DNA from: Schizochytrium sp. TIO01 | Lineage: Eukaryota > Protista > Bigyra: Labyrinthulomycetes | Assembly: GCA_004764695.1 (NCBI GenBank) | Contig: SMSO01000032.1 | Location: 7,224,483-7,288,482, forward strand | Reading direction: 5' to 3' | Length of the DNA: 64,000 bases | Shown: positions 56,051-64,000 of the stretch, piece by piece | How positions within the stretch are numbered: position 1 is the first letter of the stretch | How the letters are laid out: the number at the start of each line of letters is the position of its first letter | The notes under the pieces: generated by a model | What the model was told of the DNA's origin: nothing | Database searches by the model: none | The model's input: only the letters and a program-made list of their open reading frames with translations | Translations under genes and position numbers: made by a program

Positions 56051-57716
56051 AGAACTCGGTAGAATCGCCACTAAGCATTCGTAAAAGGCCCAGTTCGGGA
56101 AGTGGTGTGTAGTATGTGGCAGGCACAAGGTGAAACTCTAGAAAGGGCGAAAAGCAGGGGCCTTCTTCCTTCAAGCTTGAAATGATTTTCAAGATTCCTT
56201 TTCGAAGAGTTTCGCTCTGGATGCTGGAAGAAAGGCCGCCAGACCTTCCTGCTGGTAAGGGTCTGCTACTGCCGCTAGCACTTCGAGTTCTCAAGGAGTT
56301 CGAAGCTCTTGAAGGAGATCATCAGAAGGGGAATAAAGAGAGAGAATCATCAGAGAAAGCAGCAGTGGTAGCGGGCACATAGCAGGCTCGCTGAGAGGGC
56401 TTGCTTTTCGAGTGAAAGAAAGCGGAGTGCTCTTCTAAAATCGAAACAAGTTCGATTGCGGTGGTAAGGCTTGTGTAAGAAATGGAGAGATATTAATCTC
56501 GTGGAATTTTATTGGCTAATCATTGAAATGACGGAAGGAGATAGCAGAGGTGATTGCTGTTGATGGTAAAGTAAAAAGTAGGTGCTCCTGTGCTAATGCT
56601 CCACTTCGAAAGGATGCGCGATTGGAATTCAAAGACTAGCCTCAAGGGAAGCAGATATTTAATTTCGTATGGTAAAAATGAATGCTAGTCTTTTAACAAC
56701 TCACTGGATGGAAAAAACCAGGGTTCGGAATCTTCATTGGTCATTCTGAAGAGACAAATATTCGAATCGAAAATCTTGGAGTATTTATTGCCTCTTTGAT
56801 ATTGGATATATTCATTATTATAGTCATTGTTTTTGAATTAAAAAGAAAAGAAGAAAAAAAGTGAGAAAGACAAAAAGCGATATATAATTAAAAAAAAAAA
56901 AAACTAACAAAAACAAAATCTATCAATCATAACATCAAAATCTTTTCTTTTTCTATTTAAAACAAAGAGCACAATTATAACTACAATGCTCTAAAGTGGG
57001 TGCCTAGAGCCCTATTTAAAAATCATTTATGAAACCCCATCCATCACCAATAAGTAGCTGCCTAGTTTCTCCTATGTATAAATGCCCAAATCGCCCAAAA
57101 CATTTTAAAGTATTAAAAAAAAACTATATAAATTGATTAAAATAGAAAAAGTATTCAACTAGGGGATAGGGAAAGCTACAAATAAAAGGGCCGCCACTTT
57201 GCTTGTCGTACCTTAGGCAGAGTGAGGTGGGAAGAAATGTGGTGTTCTTTTCGTACAGAGGAAGTTCATTCGCTGATTCGCAGTCAGAAAATAGACTAAA
57301 GCTCCTCCTCCGCCTATCAATTACTAGCTAGATAGAGATAGAACTGCGCTGGTACTGATTGGAACGGAGGTAGTATACCTACTTTTCAGGGAAGCTGCTA
57401 AAAAGAAAGAAGCACAATCAAGACAGCCGACAGACGTCTTGCCAAGATTTAAGCTCGAGGCCATCGACTCTCGCGCCGTTTTCAGCATCCACCGTCGTAG
57501 GTCTGTCTTTCTGCTTTGCTCGATTGTAGGCCACCTATGCTTAGAGCAGGAGCTTATGAAAAGAACCCGAGCTTTGGCTCTTTTATTGACCCTTCTTAAT
57601 CGCTCCTTTGAAACAAAGAATGCACATGCAAAAAGCGCTTTTTCCTTTTAGCCCAAAACAGCCTATTCGTTTAATTAGTAAACGCTCTATTTCAAGGTTA
57701 TTATATCATGTGTATC

Positions 57717-57761
57717 AAAGTCAGAGTCAAAGTCAACGTCAAAGTCAAAGTCAAAGTCAAA
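57717..57761. repeat. (AAAGTC)n degenerate hexamer repeat
   Basis: Directly visible. Confidence 0.85.
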
Positions 57762-60700
57762 CCGTTACACGAAAGATTGCCTTGGACACCAACGATGAGC
57801 TGCTCAAGCACTGCGTCGCAAGGCCGCGAGGACTTCTTCTCGTTGAAAGTGCCAGCGACGGCGGCAGCTGGCTCGCAGGAGCTTTGGATCTTGGGGTTGT
57901 TTGTTCAGGACACGAACCTGTGCTGCAGTTCTGCTGCAAATCATGAGTTAGTTTGGTAGGTACGTCTTCTTCTTCTTCTTCTTCTTCTGTAAAGCCACGG
58001 CCACGAGCGAAGAACAGAACATCGCCATAGACCCTGAAGACGGCGCTCTTCCAGGGCCATCGCAGCACCATTCTGTACGCAGCGAGCCAGCCGACCACTG
58101 GCGGAGGCACGCGCCTGCGCTTCCGTCTTGAAGAGCTAGCGAGCGAGCGAGCGAGCTGCCAACGCTCGCGAGGAGGGCACGCAAGCTTCGTCTCCGTCGC
58201 AGGCCGGCCTTGATTCATTTATTTATTCATTTGCTTATTGATTTCTTTATTTCTTTATTTATTCGTCTTGGTTCTCGTAGACTGACTGCGAAGAAGCATC
58301 TGCGAAGCCTCGATTCCACGCCACGCCATCGTCAAGAAAAGGCGGAAGGCTCGCGGACTCGTGCTTCGAAAGACTTTGCTCTACTGAGACACCGAGGCTT
58401 TCAAGATTTTGCAGGTCCTCGCTTCGAAGAAGCATCGTTGGCCGCTGGAAAGACCCGAGTGCCATCGATCGGTTTCGCACAATCTGTCATTATTCATCCA
58501 ATCTGCGTGAAGATCAAGAACTTCGTTCGAAGTCGCAAAGGCCACGCAAGTCGATCTTACCACAGAAGTTGCACTTTGTATGTCTGTTCGTATGTCAGAA
58601 TTATAAATTTCGATTGGTCGGTTTTACATTTCGAGGCGGAAGACAGAGCAGCGAGGATCAGAAAGGTATCAGTAGGCGCAGGTATTATTATGCATGCGAT
58701 GGCCAACTTCGATTCAAGTTCCGTGGAGCAATAATATATTAGTAAAGTAACACGCCGCAAGAGTGGCCGAAAGAACCATTTGCGAACTTCGCATCGATGG
58801 CGAAGGAGGGCCGACATATCGCATGCAGTAAAAGTCATAGGTGGCACGCTCGCACATGGCAAGCAAGTAAATATGCACGTAAGGCCCAGGCTATTCCAAT
58901 TGGATTTCATTCTGCAGAGTTATGCCTTGGAGTCGAACAGGATAGAAGCCTCTCGATTGCCGGGCCCAGAAATCCCCGTCAGCCTCTGCTTTGGACCCGA
59001 AGTGTCGAAGCATCATCTCTAAGATGAGGTGTGCACCGCACCATCAACACTCGAAACTTACCAAACAGACCTGAAGAACGCGAGGAAAATCCAAGGCGAG
59101 TCGCCGCAAGATCCTTAGAACCAGCTCAAGCCCAAGTTGGTCTCAGCTATGTCACAAGATAAGCCAAACTAGCTTCTTAGCGTTCCTTGAATCTTGAATT
59201 TCATGATTGTCATGGACTTAATTTAATAAAATTAGCAATATTAATTGTAAAATAATGTACTTCTTTCTTGCGTCTGAATTCCGAAAAATCAAGACCATCC
59301 ATCATTTTAATCAAATCGCCTGCCTGATTGCTTGCTCCAAATCTTCAATTCTGCCAGTCCGGGCTGCGTCAAGATGGTCTGGCTGGAGCTTTGGAACTTG
59401 GTGGAGTCGCTCGCTCCGGACAGATTTGGCGCACGCTCAACTTGCAGTAAGTACCTATGAAATGTAGGCAAACTCGCGCCTTTGCTCGTCTCTGCACGGG
59501 TTCAGACGGCTGGGGTTTCAAACTATACCCGTGTTCTGGTACGAGACCATCCCAATACTGCAATGTAGCAGACAGGGGGCGCACCTGCAAGAGACCGGGT
59601 TTATGGTGGGGCATTTGTTTTGGTAGTAGCATGGCACTCCATGGATCTTTGCTTTCGAGCGATTGCATGGTACAATCATGAATTTCGTAAAAATCGATTG
59701 TCGCGCCACCCAATACAAACGAGGCTCGAGAGATCGAGCACCCGGAACTGCAGGGTAGGCGACGCTGCTTTTTAAAAGGAATCTGCACTGCAAGGCTGCT
59801 AGATTATTGGAGTGTTCCTTCCTCGTCACCTCGTTTCTAGCAATTCAGTTTCGTGAATCTCTTTTTCCATAGTCTTCTCAAACAGAGTTGGTTTCTTGCT
59901 TGAAGTACCATAGTAAACTATGGAAAAAGGAGGTCGGGCCGCCACCTATGTTTTTGCTTAAATGTTTTTTCCCTTCCGCATCGGCTCCAACTGAGGTGCA
60001 GCAGCATCGCCATCGTCAGAAAGGGAAAGCTGTTTTGTGCTCCTTTCAGAGTGAAGTAAGTAGTAATAGTACTGCCACGGCCAAATTGAAGGTACAGTAT
60101 GTTGACTCTTCGCTTGTTCTTGATGGAGAGGTAAGTATTGAATTCGTCTCGTGTGTTGCTTCGAAAGTATAACCGTCGCGCTCAAGATATTTTTTCATTC
60201 TTGAAATTCTTGAATCAAATATATATAATTTTTTAATTGTTTTTTAATATTCATAAAAGACTTTAAGCTGTATTTGAAAAAAGGGGAATGAAAAAAGATG
60301 GAGAACTAGAACCTGGCCATCATTATTACGCTTTCCTTTTAAATCTGAAAACCCTTTTAGGGGTGCTACCAGGAGAAGAAAGGATTTGAAGTTGAAAGTA
60401 TAAAAATAAAAATGTTTCTTTTTGAAATATTTTCATTACTATTATTTTGAAAATAAAAGTTTATAAATTATATAAAATAAATTTATTATTTTCGATTCTT
60501 CTGTTTCTGATTTCTTTTAAATTAAAAAATATGAATCAATGATAAAAATAATCAAATAGGAATTTGATTTTTATATTAAAAAATTCTTCATCAAACAAAC
60601 CAGAAATTTAAAAAAAGGGAAATGAAAAAAGGGAAAAAGAGAGGACGAAAAGCGAGAGTCGCTAGTTTCCGGGCTTGGGACAAAACAAAAAAAATCAAGG

Positions 60701-63051
60701 CACGCTGGGGCACCCCTACCCTCTTTCAAAAAAGAGATCCATCTTGCACGTGGACACTCCCGTCTGCCCACAAAATTCATCGAATCACGCACTCCAATCA
60801 ATCAGTGATTAATTGCTTTTCGAAATTCTTTGGTCACCAGTCCGATGCGAACGCGAGAAAACTCATTCTCAGAAAACCAAGAGAAGTACTTTCTTCGATT
60901 TTTTTAATTTTTATTTTTTTTCAGGCTGATCCGAACAAGCTTCTTCCACATCAGTCTATGATTAAAAGAATAGTTCTATTAAAAATAAATAAAAGAATGT
61001 TTTATTTTATTAAATGAAACATTTGCAGAAAATGCGAGAACGCAAAATAGCAAGCTCGCTATTTTAATCGATCTTTTAAGCAAATTTCAAACTCGCGTCC
61101 ACATGCCGCGTTCCCCATCGCTCGTGCAGCTTCTACTATCTTTCCAAAAAGCAGAGCCATGAAATTTTCTTTGAGGGATGCAAAAGATTGCAAAGATAGG
61201 TCTGGTACTCGGAGTTGAAGAACATTTGCGTGATCTTCCGCCGCGTATAGACAATAATAATGGCAATGCCGCGAAGTTCATGGTTTTTGCTTCGCAAAAG
61301 AAAGAAGTGATTATTCTGATATAAAGACTCTGGTCTCGCGAAACCCCAAGGGAACAAGTGCCTCAGTCTTCTTGTAAGATTGACGTGCCACTTTAAAACG
61401 TTTTTAAATAAAAACCTGTAAAATTATTCATGCATGCGTGTGTTAAATAAAATATCATTACCCGTGTTTAGAGTATCTGTAGCACGCTGGGTTGGCAAGA
61501 CGAAAAATGCAAAGTGACATAAACCAAAGAATCTCCTCATCAAACGCTACGTAGATTTGAACTTGGGCTTTTAAAATGTTTCGGAGTGATGAAACCCAAC
61601 AGAAAATAGCCCTTACTAAGTTTTTATATGGGGTGGGAGAAAACACTTGGCCACATGCCTCACTTCGCAATATCTTTTCTGATCAGAGTACTTACTTGGC
61701 GGAGGTCGATCCGAAGCGAGAAACTTGTTCAGGATTTCCCCATCTGCGTGCTAAATCATTTGAAAAAGAAAAAGCCGTACCTGGCTTGAAGGGATTTGCA
61801 AGACAATTAATAGCCCAGTACACAATGCTATCCAGCGATGGATCTTTGAGTTGGAGGAGAAGTACACATACAAAGAGCTCCGGATTACTTCCAGGCTGCT
61901 CAGCATTTGGGCATTCAACATAGGCGGACGAAAGTCTATCTGCATCAGAACTGTATTACAATGTTGCTCTGCTGTACAAGCGACTCCTGAGTATGGCGAA
62001 AGCCCTCGAAAGGTGTTGCGGAGTTACGAAACTACTATTACTATTCTTATCAATTGTAATGATTGAAACTTACAAATGGTTTGCCCACAGTAAGTGGCCA
62101 TTCAATTTCAAAAGCCGCCTTAAATTAGATGATTTAATATCTACTCTTTTCTATGAAACAAGCAGAGGAGTTCTTCGACATTATTCCTTTGTCAGATCCT
62201 GAGCTAATGACGATAATGTTTCAGGGCAGGTCTAAATTTAAACAAAGGTACCTTTATTAATTGCCCGCCATTTCCAGGCTTAAGCTCTGGTTATTAAGTA
62301 GAAGAGCAACTGCGCTCGCACACTTACTGTATACATAGTGAAAGTTATAGGCGTTAAATCTAGGTCAAAAACATTTCAAACAAAAGGGAACTTCTTGATA
62401 GTCTTTCAAAGCTTACAAAAGGGGGAAATTTTGAAGAAAAAATTGATGAATAAAACAATTTGGAATTGTCGATGATCAATTCGGTTTGCTTTTTAAAAAT
62501 ATGAAATAAAATAATTAAGTGAAATAAATAAAGAGTTAAAGAAACGAGAGCCTTTCTCCCATTTAAGGGAAGCACTGGGACTGGGGGTGTGTACATTATA
62601 TGCACGATAAGATTGATTACATGGCACGCTCCATTAAAATCATCGCTATCAAGCAATCAGAAAGAAATGGCTATCGCTTTGTTCCAAGAACATTAAAAAA
62701 CAACATAAAACAACTGGGGATTATTAATATGTTCTATCAGATTCTAAAGACTTATGTAATAAAGACAACTAGCTAGAGAAAACATTTTGCTCTTTTTAGT
62801 TTTAAATTACTAAAATCGTTTTTAATTTGAAATACTAGAATTTGCCATAGTCGTAAAGGTGTGGTTGCGAGACTGCCTGAAGCAAGTTATTCAATAATTC
62901 GTAGGTACGGTTCCGAGTGTCTAAGAAAGGTCTTTGCTTCTGTGGAAACCCGAGCGATCTCATCTGCGTGACAGCGACTTCCTCCCGTACGCCTATAGAA
63001 AGAGGCCTTTTGTTCTATCTACATCTGTCTCAGTAGTAGTAAGCAAGTAGC

Positions 63052-63095
63052 CTCACTCACTCACTCATTCTTTCACTCACTCACTCACTCACTCT
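63052..63095. repeat. (CTCA)n microsatellite
   Basis: Directly visible; interrupted once. Confidence 0.85.
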
Positions 63096-63917
63096 CATAA
63101 ATGGGGAATTGAATGGCGAGGAGAGCCTATCGCCATGCATAGATAGTCTTAGGCTCCATTCCCGAAGTCCTGCTTCTTTGAGGAAGTTTTCCTCATTCCC
63201 CATCGCTCTTTTCTGTCCTCAAAGCCAACACTCTTTCCCTAGAGCATCGGCTATGTAAGTTTGCATCTCTTGCAAGTCCATTGTAAATACGACAGAACAA
63301 GTGGGTAGGCATGGATGGGGAGGTAGGGAGGTGCCTCGCCCCGTCGTCAACGAAGCTAAGCATAACGTGGCTGCTGCAATTGCTGTCTAAGTACGCGCAG
63401 AGGAGCGGAGCAGATAAGTCCGCCATTTCGAAAGCGCTCTTCGCTTCAGCCTTTGTTTGTTTGATACGAAAGAAAGGAATCTGAGTTGGTTCGTTTGGTC
63501 TCGGAAGTGTACTTTGTTGCAGTCCGGCTAGTTTGTTGGAAGAAGTATGTGAGGGGAGCTGAAAGACACAAGGGGATATTGAATACTGGGGGTCGTTGTG
63601 GGAAGTGCTAAAGTGCGAGGCCCTGCGCTAGTGACTTCACAAGAGGAGGCTTCGTGCGTTCTTTTCATCTCCCCAGAGTCTAGGGAACTCGCGCCTGACT
63701 TTCTATTGGCTGGAAGAGCTCGTCTCGCTTATCCGCGATGCCATGCCAAGTCGGCTCAGAACGACATCGATGACCTCTTCGGGTTGCCGCTATAAGCTAT
63801 TATGGAATCGAGGGAGAGCGCCCTTCGCGGTAGGATGGTTTCAGAAAAGGCTTCCTCGTGAGGCTTGGCATTCCTCGTTGACGATTGTTCATATCATACT
63901 TGGGTACGTACTGGGTA

Positions 63918-63964
63918 CTACCTACATACCTACCTACCTACCTACCTACCTACCTATCTACCTA
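63918..63964. repeat. (CTAC)n microsatellite
   Basis: Directly visible. Confidence 0.88.
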
Positions 63965-64000
63965 ATAAGATGGACTCTATGTCTGCCATGATGGAAAAGG

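Noticed and set aside
58210-58734. 174-aa ORF (also the 163-aa ORF at 52923-53414)
   Set aside because: Non-ATG starts inside simple repeats, no recognisable domain, atypical composition.
1-64000. tRNA, rRNA and snRNA genes
   Set aside because: No cloverleaf or conserved rRNA/U-snRNA signatures noticed by eye; a tRNAscan-SE/Infernal run is needed to exclude them.

Overview
Eukaryotic nuclear DNA with uninterrupted coding ORFs, long microsatellite-rich intergenic tracts and probable 5'-UTR introns. The gene style suggests a protist, possibly a thraustochytrid/labyrinthulomycete stramenopile; this is inference only. Nine host genes are supported: a membrane-anchored TTL-family ATP-grasp ligase, a TMEM245/AI-2E-type membrane protein with a C-terminal SHOCT-like motif, eEF1B beta/delta, an orphan, an SH3-lipin (N-LIP+LNS2) fusion, VPS26, an INPP5E-like 5-phosphatase, and two paralogous Cys-rich type I membrane proteins. 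Between the paralogues lies a 5.1-kb Ty1/Copia LTR retrotransposon (36939-42075). It has identical 361-bp LTRs, a half-tRNAiMet (hemivirus-type) PBS and a frameshifted, deleted gag-pol. Its termini and target duplication are non-canonical, and the target sequence resembles the element's own ends. The last ~21 kb contains no recognisable gene. The best leads are the retrotransposon end/target structure, the apparently luminal TTL-like ligase, the SH3-lipin architecture and the unassigned 10-Cys ectodomain family.
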